Assembly (NCBI GenBank): GCA_040880725.1
Contig: JBBDHV010000031.1
Span: 9,652 to 73,651, forward strand
Direction: 5' to 3'
Length of the DNA: 64,000 bases
Origin: Acidimicrobiia bacterium
GTDB taxonomy: Bacteria; Actinomycetota; Acidimicrobiia; Spongiisociales; ZC4RG35
Shown: positions 55,021 through 64,000 of the stretch, in pieces
How positions within the stretch are numbered: position 1 is the first letter of the stretch
Layout of the letters: every line of letters starts with the position of its first letter
Notes under the pieces: generated by a model
The model's database searches: none
What the model was told of the DNA's origin: nothing
Seen by the model: the letters and a program-made list of their open reading frames with translations, nothing else
Program-made: the position numbers and the translations under genes

Positions 55021-56787
55021 TCATCGTGCCCGACGAGCATCACCTTGGCGGACAGTGTGGCCGGCTCTGTCCGACCACTCGAGAAACGGCACCGCGTATT
55101 TGCGGGACAAGCCTGACTGGTCCCGGAACTCCGAGACGGTGAATGGCTTCTCGAACGACCGGACGACCGTGAGCAGTTCGTCGACGTGCTGAGGAAGGAA
55201 CACGAAATCGCCCGAGATGCGCACGAGTTCCCCGCCGCGGACCAGCGCATGGATCAACTCGGGGTCAAGGCCGAGTTCGTCGGTTCGAGGTGCGCCGGCC
55301 GGCCCCGTGTCGACGAGGCGGGCGCGGGTGCGTTCCCAGGCATCGTCCTGGTCGGGGGTGCGGTCCCCCGTGAATGTCACGGCACGCACCGTGGCACCGT
55401 CGAACTCGGCTCGTTCGTCGCGATCGACGAGCAGGGCGAGTGTGTCGAGATCGATGCCGAGGCGGGAGGCAGCTTCGGCTGTTCCGAGACCTGAGCGCAG
55501 CGGATGGTCGCGGTGGTAGGACTCGATGAGATCGAAGAGGACGTTCGCCAGGTGCTCAACCGCCGGCTTCGTCATCGCCAGATCCCCCGCCACGATGGCA
55601 TCGGGTGGTCTTCCGCCGCCGCTGTCGGCAGCCAGCGCGCTCAGCGACGACCGGGAGCGGGCCTCGAGCAGCGCTGTTGCCCGGGTGTTCGGGTCTGCGT
55701 CGAGCGCACCCAATAGCTGCGGGAGGTGGGGTCGGATGCGCCGGGGGCGTCCCGGCGCCGGATCGAGCACGCGACCTCCGCCCACCACCAGGCGACGTCC
55801 CGTGTCCCGGAGGATGAACCGGTCACCCATCGTCAGCGGCAGGCTCGTCGGCAGGTCGAGTACAGCCACCCCGTCGTCGACGGCACGGAGACGGACCGGC
55901 CACGCCCCGCTTCCGGTGTGCAGGTGATATGCCCCCCGGTCGGGAATCTCCTCGACATACCGTGCCGGTCGGATGGTCGCGACCACCCGGTCGGTGGTCC
56001 GCCACTCTCCGGGGCGTCCCAGCATCGAACCGCGCTCCAGGTCATCAGGGGCAACGCCGCCGAGGTTGAGGGCGACTCGGCGGTGTGGTTCCACGCGGTC
56101 GAGGGTCGTTTCGTGGCTCTGGATTCCACGCACCCTGGTGTCGGCCTCACCGGGAAAGACTCGCAGTCGGTCATCGACGGCGACGCCCCCGCCCAACAAC
56201 GTCCCCGTGACGATCGTTCCTGCACCCACCGCCGAGAACACCCGGTCGATCCACATCCTGGGGCGGTCGGCGGACGGCAGTGCGAGTGACTGGAGTGTCA
56301 CGATCAGCGCCGCTCGGAGGGCATCAAGTCCCTCACCGGAGATGGCCGACACCCCGACGATCGGTGCGTGCGCGAGCGAGGTTGCCTGCAGGTGCTCCTC
56401 GATCTCCAGGGTGGCGAGCTCGACGAGATCGGAGTCGACTCGATCCACCTTGGTCAACGCGACCACCGCCCGGCCCACGTCGAGCAGATCGAGCACTGCG
56501 AGGTGCTCTTCGGATTGCGGCATCCATCCCTCGTCCGCGGCCACGACGAGCAGGGCCACATCGATCGCCTCGATGCCCGCGAGCATGTTCTTCGAATACC
56601 GCTCGTGTCCCGGCACGTCGACGAACGAGACATCGACCCCGCCCAGGCTGGTCCAGGCGAATCCGAGATCGATCGTGAGCCCTCGATCCTTCTCTTCTTT
56701 CCAGCGGTCCGGATCTCGTCCGCTCAGTGCGAGAGTGAGCGTGGATTTTCCGTGATCGACGTGGCCCGCGGTGCCTACGACCGGCAT
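55021..56787 (-). CDS. selB: Selenocysteine-specific elongation factor SelB
   Basis: Start at MPVVGTAGHVDHGKSTL (cat 56785-56787). G-domain motifs DVPGHE and TKVD. C-terminal winged-helix repeats. Confidence 0.9.
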   Translation of the reverse strand: MPVVGTAGHVDHGKSTLTLALSGRDPDRWKEEKDRGLTIDLGFAWTSLGGVDVSFVDVPGHERYSKNMLAGIEAIDVALLVVAADEGWMPQSEEHLAVLDLLDVGRAVVALTKVDRVDSDLVELATLEIEEHLQATSLAHAPIVGVSAISGEGLDALRAALIVTLQSLALPSADRPRMWIDRVFSAVGAGTIVTGTLLGGGVAVDDRLRVFPGEADTRVRGIQSHETTLDRVEPHRRVALNLGGVAPDDLERGSMLGRPGEWRTTDRVVATIRPARYVEEIPDRGAYHLHTGSGAWPVRLRAVDDGVAVLDLPTSLPLTMGDRFILRDTGRRLVVGGGRVLDPAPGRPRRIRPHLPQLLGALDADPNTRATALLEARSRSSLSALAADSGGGRPPDAIVAGDLAMTKPAVEHLANVLFDLIESYHRDHPLRSGLGTAEAASRLGIDLDTLALLVDRDERAEFDGATVRAVTFTGDRTPDQDDAWERTRARLVDTGPAGAPRTDELGLDPELIHALVRGGELVRISGDFVFLPQHVDELLTVVRSFEKPFTVSEFRDQSGLSRKYAVPFLEWSDRAGHTVRQGDARRAR

Positions 56788-58100
56788 GACTCTCGTAGGA
56801 GCTCTGCGACGATCTGGTCGTCGTCCGGTCGCACCGTCCTGAGGTCGACGATGAGATCCCCGGCATCTCGGCGGGCAACCACGGGAGGATCGGCCCGCAG
56901 CCACGAGATGAAGTCGGTCTCACCACGACCGGCCACTCGAATCACCGGGCCCCGAATGCGAGAACCAGGCACGCTTCCGGCCCCGATCGTTGACGCGCCT
57001 TCGATGATGGAAGCTCCTTCCAGCGACCCCACGACCACTTCGGACCGAGCGGACAGGGCCTCTGCCGACATCGTCGCCATGCTCCAGAGCGGAAGTTCGG
57101 CCGCTCGTCGGTCGGCGTAGGCCTCGAGCGTTGCCTCGAGCGCCGCGAGGCCGGAACCGTCCATCCGCAGGGCCCGCGTCACGGGGTGTCGCCTGAGCCC
57201 GGCGACCAAATCGCCGTCGCCCACGATGATGCCTGCTTGCGGTCCGCCGAGGAGCTTGTCGCCGGAGAACATCACGAGGTCCGCCCCCGCTTCGAGGGAC
57301 TGGACGATTCCCGGCTCGCCCGCCAACCAGGCGGGCGTCGGACCCGGGAGCCATGGCGTGCGCTCGTCGAGAAGGCCGCTGCCGGCATCGAAGACGGCGG
57401 GGACAGCGTGGCTGTGGGCGAGTTCGATCACCGACGCCAGGTCGGCTTCCTCGGCGAACCCTTCGATCCGATAGTTGGACGGATGGACTTTGAGGAGGAG
57501 CGCCGTCGTGTCGTCGATGGCCTCGCGGTAGTCGTCGATCCTGGTGCGGTTCGTCGTTCCCACCTCGACGAGCCGAGTCCCGGTGGATGCCATCAGATCA
57601 GGCAATCGATACGAACCCCCGATCTCGATGAGCTCACCTCTCGAGACAGGGACGCTCCTCCCGGAGGCCATCGCCATCAGGCTGAGGAAGAGGGCGGCGG
57701 CGTTGTTGTTCACGACCAACGCGTCGTCCGCACCCGTCAATGCACACAGCAGCGAGATGACGTACGACATCCGGCCCCCACGTGACCCGTCCTCCAAGTC
57801 GAGCTCGAGGTTCGTGTAGCGCGAGGCAGCATCGGCTGCGCGCTGGGAGATCGTTTCATCGAGCGGTGCTCGTCCGAGGTTGGTGTGGAGGATCACCCCC
57901 GTGGCGTTGATGACGGGTCGCTGCCTGCTCGCAGTGAGGTGCGCGCCGAGGCGCTGGGTCTCGGCGACCGGATCGACCGTGGGGTCGCGGCGGGAGTGTT
58001 CGACCGCCGCCCGGGCGATCGACACCCGAAGCCCGGCGGGGAGCACCACAGGCAACAGACGACTCAGTGCATCGATGCTCGGGGGGTGAGGGGCCGTCAC
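56775..58100 (-). CDS. selA: L-seryl-tRNA(Sec) selenium transferase SelA
   Basis: GTG start at 58100 (VTAPHPPSIDALSRLL). PLP-lysine context FSGDKLLGGPQAG. Overlaps the selB start. Confidence 0.85.
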   Translation of the reverse strand: MTAPHPPSIDALSRLLPVVLPAGLRVSIARAAVEHSRRDPTVDPVAETQRLGAHLTASRQRPVINATGVILHTNLGRAPLDETISQRAADAASRYTNLELDLEDGSRGGRMSYVISLLCALTGADDALVVNNNAAALFLSLMAMASGRSVPVSRGELIEIGGSYRLPDLMASTGTRLVEVGTTNRTRIDDYREAIDDTTALLLKVHPSNYRIEGFAEEADLASVIELAHSHAVPAVFDAGSGLLDERTPWLPGPTPAWLAGEPGIVQSLEAGADLVMFSGDKLLGGPQAGIIVGDGDLVAGLRRHPVTRALRMDGSGLAALEATLEAYADRRAAELPLWSMATMSAEALSARSEVVVGSLEGASIIEGASTIGAGSVPGSRIRGPVIRVAGRGETDFISWLRADPPVVARRDAGDLIVDLRTVRPDDDQIVAELLRESCRS

Positions 58101-58164
58101 AGTCTGCGAGCCTATTCGGTGTCGCCGTTTCCGTCCGGACGGACACCGCCTAACGTCCGTTGTC

Positions 58165-58524
58165 GTGATCCGCCTGCTCCTGTTCGTCGCTGTGCCGGTG
58201 CTCGAGCTCGTGCTGCTCGGGCTCGTCGGTGACGCCATCGGCTTCGGGTGGACCGCGCTCATCGTCGTGATCACCGGACTCGTCGGTGCGCGGCTCGTCG
58301 CCCGGCAGGGCCGCGTCGTCTGGCGCGAGATCGTTGCCCGGCTGCAGGCCGGTCAGGTTCCCAGCGTCGAACTCGCCCACGGCGCCATGCTGCTCGTCGG
58401 CGGTGCGCTGCTCATCACCCCGGGCATCCTCACGGACGTCTTCGGACTCAGCCTGATGGTCCCGTGGTTCCGGGAGCTCATACGGGTGCGGTTCTTCAAC
58501 ACGATGCGGATCTTCGTTCTGTGA
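58165..58524 (+). CDS. fxsA: FxsA-family membrane protein
   Basis: IRLLLFVAVPVLELVLLGLVGDAIGFGWT...ITPGILTDVFGL is the FxsA signature. Confidence 0.8.
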   Translation: MIRLLLFVAVPVLELVLLGLVGDAIGFGWTALIVVITGLVGARLVARQGRVVWREIVARLQAGQVPSVELAHGAMLLVGGALLITPGILTDVFGLSLMVPWFRELIRVRFFNTMRIFVL

Positions 58525-59180
58525 CGGCGGTTCGGTCGGCAGCCACCCTGCTCGTGCTGCGCGACGGCGCCGATGGGATCGAGGTGGTGATGGGAAAGCG
58601 GCCGCCCGGAGGGCCGTTCGGTGATGTGTGGGTCTTTCCTGGCGGCGCCGTCGATCCCGAAGATCTGACGGCGGCACCGGACGCCGAGACCGCCTGGCGC
58701 CTCGCGGCGCTGCGGGAGACATGGGAGGAGGTCGGTCTCGGGATCACCGACCCCGCCGGCGCCGAGGTCCCGCAAGGTGCTGGATCGGTCCATTCTCGCC
58801 TGGAAGCAACCGGGGCCCGTTTTGCCGTGTCCCGACTGGTGTACCTCTCCAATTGGGTCACGCCTCGCACGGTGTCCAAGCGGTACGACACGCGGTTCTT
58901 CGTGATCGAGGCCGACGGTGACGTGCGGTCCGGAGACGAGCTGGCTGAGGTGAGATGGCTCGCCGCCGACGACGCCCTGGTGCGTCACGAGCGGGGCGAG
59001 TTTCCGATGATCTTTCCGACGGTCAGCCATCTTCGCTATGTGCGACGCTTCGCAACGACCGCCGACTTCCTGGCCGAGGCGCGGGAGGTCGACTTGATTC
59101 CCGCAATCGAGCCGCGCTTTTTCGAGCGGGGTGACCGAACCGAGCCCATCGTCGACAACGATCCGAGGTTCGAGGCGTGA
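58521..59180 (+). CDS. NUDIX hydrolase
   Basis: GTGA overlap with fxsA. Nudix box GGAVDPED...ALRETWEEVGL. Confidence 0.7.
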   Translation: MTAVRSAATLLVLRDGADGIEVVMGKRPPGGPFGDVWVFPGGAVDPEDLTAAPDAETAWRLAALRETWEEVGLGITDPAGAEVPQGAGSVHSRLEATGARFAVSRLVYLSNWVTPRTVSKRYDTRFFVIEADGDVRSGDELAEVRWLAADDALVRHERGEFPMIFPTVSHLRYVRRFATTADFLAEAREVDLIPAIEPRFFERGDRTEPIVDNDPRFEA

Positions 59181-59935
59181 AGATCCAACGGGTGCTCGCC
59201 CCCAACCCGGGTCCGTTCACCGGCCCGGGAACGAACACGTGGGTGGTGGGGGATGACCGCGAGGTGGTGGTCATCGATCCCGGTCCGGTCGAGAGTTCGC
59301 ATGCCGATGCCATCGAAGGGGTCATCGGCTCGAGAGTCGTCCAAGCCGTCATCGTCACTCACACCCACCCCGATCATGCACCGCTTGCCAATCCCCTGGC
59401 ACGGACGGTCTCCAGTCCCGCCCTGGGTCATGGACCGGGGCCTGACTTCGTGCCAGACGGGTTGCTGGTGGACGGCTCGGTGGTCGAGTTCGCCGGAGGG
59501 AGCCTGAGGGTCCTCTACACGCCGGGACACGCCGACGATCACCTCTGCTTCCAGATGGACAGGATGCTCTTCACTGGCGACCACATCATGGGAGGTTCAT
59601 CGGTGATGGTCGACGACCTGAGCCGGTACATGATTTCGCTCGAACGACTTCGTACCGAGAACTGGGAACGGATGTATCCGGGTCACGGTCCCGAGATCGA
59701 AGACCCTGGCACGGTCATCGACTGGTACATCGCTCATCGCCTGCAGCGCGAACGCGAGATCCTCGATGCAGTCACCGAGGGGTCGCATTCGATCGATGAG
59801 ATCGTGGCCGTCGTGTACGCAGAAGTCGACGTCGAACTGCATCCCCTGGCGGCGCGGAATGTAGCGACCCACCTGCGGAAGTTGGCAGCCGATGGCAGGG
59901 TGCGATTCGACGGCACCCTCGCCGAACCTGTCTGA
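59177..59935 (+). CDS. MBL-fold metallo-hydrolase
   Basis: HTHPDH (HxHxDH), later YTPGHADDH and GH motifs. 252 aa. Confidence 0.8.
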   Translation: MKIQRVLAPNPGPFTGPGTNTWVVGDDREVVVIDPGPVESSHADAIEGVIGSRVVQAVIVTHTHPDHAPLANPLARTVSSPALGHGPGPDFVPDGLLVDGSVVEFAGGSLRVLYTPGHADDHLCFQMDRMLFTGDHIMGGSSVMVDDLSRYMISLERLRTENWERMYPGHGPEIEDPGTVIDWYIAHRLQREREILDAVTEGSHSIDEIVAVVYAEVDVELHPLAARNVATHLRKLAADGRVRFDGTLAEPV

Positions 59936-59975
59936 CGGCCCTGGCCGAACGGCACCCGGTCCGTACACTCGCGAC

Positions 59976-61208
59976 GTGACACGGTCCCGCCCTCGCCCCA
60001 CCACCAGCCATAACGCGCGTCGCGCAGCGGGCGTGTCTGTCGTGTTGGTGCTGGCGTTGCTGGTCGGATCCGTTGCCGCGGCCGACACCGCCGAGGACAT
60101 CGCACAGGCCGAAACGGAACTGGCCGAACTCGAATCTCGGGCAGAGACGCTCGCCAGGCGAATCGAAGACGGGCGAGCGCGACACGCGGAATTGGAAGCT
60201 CGCGTCGCAACGCTCACCGACGCCCGGACGCTGATCGAGATCGACTTCGCCTCGGCCCTCGCCGATCTCGAGGACAGCGCGGTTCGCCTCTACATGGATG
60301 TGGCCGCAGGGGAGGGCGTCGCCGCCATGCTCATGTCGAGTGATGAGGTGTATGCCGCCGCCATTCAGTATCTGTCGACGGTCGCCGACGACTCCGAGAA
60401 CGCCCTCAACCGGCTGACGGCGATCGCGAGCGAGTTGGAACGACGCCGAGCAGAGCTGACCATGGCCCTCGACGAGCAAGCCGAGACCGACTCCGAGCTC
60501 GCAGCACTCGCTGCCGAGGTGACCCTCGCACTGGACCAGCAGACCGGTCGTCTCGAACGGCTGGAGGAGTTGCGTGCCCAAGAGCTGTTCCTCGCCACCT
60601 CCACCACCACCACGTCCACCACCACGACGCTCCCTCCGACATCGACGACGTCGACCGCCACGTCGACCACGACCGTCCCTTCCGAGACGACCACGGCGAG
60701 CACCACCACATCGACTTCCACGACCACGACATCGACTTCCACGACCACGACCACCCTCGCGCCCACGACGACCACCACCGCACCGCCCACCAGCGCGCCC
60801 TCAGGGGGTGGTGCGTGCCCGGTGACCGGTGCCGTCACTTTTGTGGACTCGTGGGGCGCCCCGCGCTCGGGCGGTCGATCCCATCAGGGGGTCGACATGA
60901 TCGCTTCCCGGGGCACGCCTCTCGCCGCCATCTACTCGGGCGTCATCCAGCGCACCTCATCGAGCACCCTCGGTGGAGTCAGCATCTGGATGGAGAGCAA
61001 CGCCGGTGACGTCTTCTACTACGCCCACCTCGAAGCCCACGCCGACGGGATCGCACCCGGGGTCGCCGTCAGCGAAGGACAGACGATCGGCTACAACGGC
61101 TCGAGCGGCAACGCCCCGGACTACCTGCCGCACCTCCACTTCGAATACCACCCGGGAGGTGGGGGAGCGGTGAATCCCTACCCGCTCGTGAAGTCGATCT
61201 GCGGTTGA
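59976..61208 (+). CDS. M23-family metallopeptidase with coiled-coil and Thr/Ser-rich linker
   Basis: GTG start before a signal-like VVLVLALLVGSVAAAD, then a long coiled coil. A ~70-aa T/S/P linker follows. M23 motifs HQGVDM and LPHLHFEYH. Confidence 0.8.
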   Translation: MTRSRPRPTTSHNARRAAGVSVVLVLALLVGSVAAADTAEDIAQAETELAELESRAETLARRIEDGRARHAELEARVATLTDARTLIEIDFASALADLEDSAVRLYMDVAAGEGVAAMLMSSDEVYAAAIQYLSTVADDSENALNRLTAIASELERRRAELTMALDEQAETDSELAALAAEVTLALDQQTGRLERLEELRAQELFLATSTTTTSTTTTLPPTSTTSTATSTTTVPSETTTASTTTSTSTTTTSTSTTTTTLAPTTTTTAPPTSAPSGGGACPVTGAVTFVDSWGAPRSGGRSHQGVDMIASRGTPLAAIYSGVIQRTSSSTLGGVSIWMESNAGDVFYYAHLEAHADGIAPGVAVSEGQTIGYNGSSGNAPDYLPHLHFEYHPGGGGAVNPYPLVKSICG

Positions 61209-61243
61209 ACACCGTTTGAACGGGGAAAGCCCCCCAAACGGAA

Positions 61244-61290
61244 GAGAGAGGGTCCGAAGGGGGAAATCGGGACCCTCTCTCTTTCGTTTG
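61244..61290 (+). terminator. Rho-independent terminator after the M23 peptidase gene
   Basis: 12-bp stem GAGAGAGGGTCC...GGACCCTCTCTC followed by TTTCGTTT. Preceded by a second hairpin, CCGTTTG...CAAACGG (61212-61241). Confidence 0.7.
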
Positions 61291-61455
61291 ACACGGGCGA
61301 CGAAAACGCCGATCCGTGTCGTGTCCAAAGCCGGGAGTTGCCCCTCGCCGACGTAAGGCACGTTCCCTCTCATCATCGGTCGCAAACACACCCACCCGTA
61401 CGGTGGTTCCAAACCCACCCAAAGTGACTAGTTCATTGTGCGGGGGGGCGACCCC

Positions 61456-61885
61456 CCTGCACCCCCGGACGGCGCGGCTGCCTCTTCGGGTTCGGCGGGG
61501 GTCTCACCCGATGACCCATGACGGGAACTGGTCGCGGCGGATTGGGACGCGTAGGAGCGACTCTTCGGAGCGTCTTTGTTCCCCTTGGGGGGAACCGGAC
61601 GGGGACACGCAGTGGACCGTTCGAAGGGGGGCGAGCACCCTGCGAGCGAGGCGAGGGCCCTGCACCCCCGCATGGCGTGGTTGCCGCGGTCGGGTTTGCC
61701 TGCGGTTCCACCCGATGGCCCATGACGGGAACTGATCGCGGAGATCTGGGACGAGTGGGAGGTGTCTCTTCGGAGCGAATTTGTTCCCCTTGGGGGGAAC
61801 CGGACGGGACACGCAGTGGACCGTTCGAAGGGGGGCGAGCGAGTTTGCGAGCGAGGCGGGGCCCTGCACCCCCCGTCGCGAGCGG
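61456..61885. repeat. Tandem ~204-bp noncoding repeat, about 2.1 copies
   Basis: CCTGCACCCCC recurs at 61456, 61659 and 61863. Conserved blocks ACCCGATGRCCCATGACGGGAACTGRTCGCGG and TCTTCGGAGCG..TTTGTTCCCCTTGGGGGGAACCGGACGGG(G)ACACGCAGTGGACCGTTCGAAGGGGGGCGAGC alternate with variable blocks. Perfect hairpin GTTCCCC-TTGG-GGGGAAC at 61578-61595 and 61783-61800. Confidence 0.8.
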
Positions 61886-61997
61886 AAGCGACCCCGTCTC
61901 TCACATCCACACGCGGGTCGAACCCGTCGAGATGCTCGCGGGGGAGGCCACCCCATCCTGGCTTCTTCTCTTCCGGGGGTGAGAAGTACGGGTGAGC

Positions 61998-63152
61998 CTA
62001 CGCAGGCAACGCTTCGCTGGTTTCCAGGGACTCGATGAGTTTGGCGATGCGGCCGGTGCAGGTCTCCATCTCGGCCGGGGGGAGAAGTTCCACCAGGCGG
62101 GCAGCGGCGGCTCCGAATGCCTCCGAGGCCGGATTTTTCGGGTGGCCGACGATGACCGGCTCGCCGTCGTCGCCGCCGGTGACGACAGCCGGATCCAGCG
62201 GGATGCGACCGATCAGCGGCACGTTGAGCGCAGCGGCGAGTTCGTCGCCGCCGCCGGACCCGAACAGCTTGTAGGTGGTGCCGTGCCCGCAGGTGAAGTC
62301 GGCCATGTTCTCCAGGACGCCGACGATGGGCATCGACGAACGCCGGGCCATGTCGGCCACGCGCACCGCCACCTTTTGGGCGGCCTTTTGTGGCGTCGTC
62401 ACCACGACCATCTCCGCCTGCGGGAGAAGGCGGGTGAGCGCCATCTGGATGTCGCCGGTCCCGGGCGGCATGTCGATGACGAGGTAGTCCAGCTCACCCC
62501 AGGCGACCTGCTTCAGGAACTGTTCGAGCGCCTTGGAGAGCATGAGTCCCCGCCACATGAGCGCGGTCTCTTCGGTTTCGATGATCAGTCCGGTCGACAC
62601 GACTTTGATGCCGTGCGCCTGGGCGGGCTCGATCAGGCGGGTGTCTCCGTTCGCCTCCATGCGCTCGGTCGCTCCCAGCATGCGAGGGATCGAGAATCCC
62701 CAGATGTCGGCGTCGAGGACGCCGACGCGAAAGCCCATCGCGGAGATGGCGAGTGCCAGATTCACGCTGGCGGACGACTTGCCGACGCCGCCTTTTCCGG
62801 AACTCACGGCGACGACTCGTGTCGTCGGGGAGACCTGGGTCGGTTCGGCGCTGTCCCGGGCACGCCGGCGGGCGACGGTCATCAGTTCGGAGCGCTGCTT
62901 CTTGGTCATTGCAGTGGTCTCCACGACCACGTCGGTCACACCGGGCATCGAGCGGATGCGGCGGGCGGTGTCGCCTTCGATCTGCGAGCGCATGGGACAT
63001 TCGGCGATCGTGAGCGCAATTCCCACAACCACCAACCCGTCGGGATCGATCTCGACGCCGGACACCATCCCCAGCTCGACGATGTTGCCCCCGAGTTCAG
63101 GGTCGACGACGCCTTTCAGCGCGTCGTAGACCTGTTCTTTCGTGGGTGTCAT
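61998..63152 (-). CDS. apbC: Mrp/ApbC/NBP35-family Fe-S cluster carrier ATPase
   Basis: Start at MTPTKEQVYDALKGVVDPELG (DUF59-like N-domain). Deviant Walker A SGKGGVGKSS. CxxC-like FTCGHG. Confidence 0.9.
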   Translation of the reverse strand: MTPTKEQVYDALKGVVDPELGGNIVELGMVSGVEIDPDGLVVVGIALTIAECPMRSQIEGDTARRIRSMPGVTDVVVETTAMTKKQRSELMTVARRRARDSAEPTQVSPTTRVVAVSSGKGGVGKSSASVNLALAISAMGFRVGVLDADIWGFSIPRMLGATERMEANGDTRLIEPAQAHGIKVVSTGLIIETEETALMWRGLMLSKALEQFLKQVAWGELDYLVIDMPPGTGDIQMALTRLLPQAEMVVVTTPQKAAQKVAVRVADMARRSSMPIVGVLENMADFTCGHGTTYKLFGSGGGDELAAALNVPLIGRIPLDPAVVTGGDDGEPVIVGHPKNPASEAFGAAAARLVELLPPAEMETCTGRIAKLIESLETSEALPA

Positions 63153-63270
63153 CGGTCGTTCCTCGGATCGCTGGCTTCTCAGTATGGAACGCCGTCGGTG
63201 GGGACGGGAATTCCATGTCGCCGCTGACGTTGTACCCTGGGAGGCACGACCGCACGCCAGAAGGATTCCT

Positions 63271-63636
63271 ATGTCGCAGTTGCTGAGTATCAAGTCGAAC
63301 AAGCCGCAGAAGGCGGTCGACGTGACCGACGCTGCCGCGGGCAAGATTCGTGAACTCCTCGAAAGCGAAGGGGACCCGAATCTCGCGCTCCGTATGGCAG
63401 TCCGCGCCGGAGGCTGCTCGGGTTTCTCCTATGAGATGTTCTTCGATGCGGAGGTCGAGTCCGGAGACATCGTCGAGGAATTCGACGAGGGGGTGCGCGT
63501 CGTCGTCGACTCGCAGTCCGTGGAGCATCTCCGCGGTTCGGTGCTCGACTACAAGGACGGCCTGATGGGCGCAGGGTTCGCCATCAACAACCCGAATGTC
63601 ACACGTTCCTGCGGGTGCGGCAACAGCTTCAGCTGA
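63271..63636 (+). CDS. erpA: HesB/IscA-family Fe-S insertion protein (ErpA-like)
   Basis: ...RMAVRAGGCSGFSYEM... and C-terminal NPNVTRSCGCGNSFS. Confidence 0.85.
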   Translation: MSQLLSIKSNKPQKAVDVTDAAAGKIRELLESEGDPNLALRMAVRAGGCSGFSYEMFFDAEVESGDIVEEFDEGVRVVVDSQSVEHLRGSVLDYKDGLMGAGFAINNPNVTRSCGCGNSFS

Positions 63637-63730
63637 GCCCGCCACCAGCATGTGCGAAGGCCCGCCGCTCGGCGGGCCTTCGTCGTTCGGGTCCCGTTAG
63701 CCTCCGCGGCACGCTCCCCAAGGAGGCCCT

Positions 63731-64000
63731 GTGCCGAAGACGATTCCTGCGCTGAAGAATGCTCCGACCCCAGTGGCGCCGTACTCGGTGGTCACCGAGG
63801 CGAACGGCTTCGTGTTCGTGTCAGGGCAGGTGGCACTCGACCCGGCCGGGGGACCCACTCCGGCAGACACCGCGGAGCAGGCGGACCTGGTGCTGCGCAA
63901 CATCGGTGCCATTCTCGACGAACTGGGTCTCACCTACGACGATGTGGTGAAGACCACGGTCTTCCTCGCGGACATCCGTGACTTCGCCACCGTCAACGAG
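63731..64000 (+). CDS. ridA: RidA/YjgF-family reactive-intermediate deaminase (3' end beyond window)
   Basis: GTG preceded by AGGAGG. VPKTIPALKNAPTPVAPYSVVTEANGFVFVSGQVALDP... Open at the window edge, so absent from the ORF track. Confidence 0.8.
   Translation, partial: MPKTIPALKNAPTPVAPYSVVTEANGFVFVSGQVALDPAGGPTPADTAEQADLVLRNIGAILDELGLTYDDVVKTTVFLADIRDFATVNE

Noticed and set aside
61440-61990. The tandem repeat as a CRISPR array, a DGR template/variable repeat pair, a retron msr/msd, or a protein repeat.
   Set aside because: The unit is about 204 bp with no spacer-repeat alternation. No cas, reverse-transcriptase or other partner gene is nearby. Substitutions are not adenine-specific. Internal 1-nt indels break all reading frames.

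Overview
This is a high-GC chromosome segment that looks actinobacterial. It carries a WhiB regulator, the GlgE alpha-glucan/trehalose pathway, dnaX-ybaB-recR and asd-ask, with many 4-nt ATGA/GTGA gene overlaps.

1-23 kb is core housekeeping: phnDCEE phosphonate importer, an ABC-2 exporter, dnaX-ybaB-recR, a DUF3524 glycosyltransferase/HAD/EVE trio, glpX, thiolase, mce, ilvE, murJ, a PHP phosphoesterase, asd-ask and a cyclophilin.

At 23.1 kb a tRNA-Pro(CGG) anchors about 15 kb of accessory DNA (23.2-38.4 kb). It reads as two tandem, decayed islands with no intact integrase. They are separated by a ~112-nt direct repeat of the tRNA 3' half plus its terminator (23142-23254 vs 32564-32675). The islands hold toxin-antitoxin cassettes (MNT/HEPN, RelE, small toxin/RHH, RHH/MazF, Phd/Doc) and a class II Fic. 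They also hold gene remnants (HEPN, GNAT, integrase, relE, fic, doc), a MalT-like STAND-LuxR regulator, an ECF sigma/anti-sigma pair and two paralogous alpha/beta hydrolases.

38.5-64 kb holds glgB-treZ-GH57-treY(frameshifted)-glgE-treS/pep2, a receiver-only response regulator, NfeD, WhiB, selB-selA, fxsA, NUDIX, MBL and an M23 peptidase. It then holds a ~204-bp x ~2.1 tandem noncoding repeat, followed by mrp/apbC, erpA and ridA.

I saw no rRNA, CRISPR array, intact transposase or intact integrase. All calls come from reading the ORF translations and the nucleotide sequence by eye; no database search was run.
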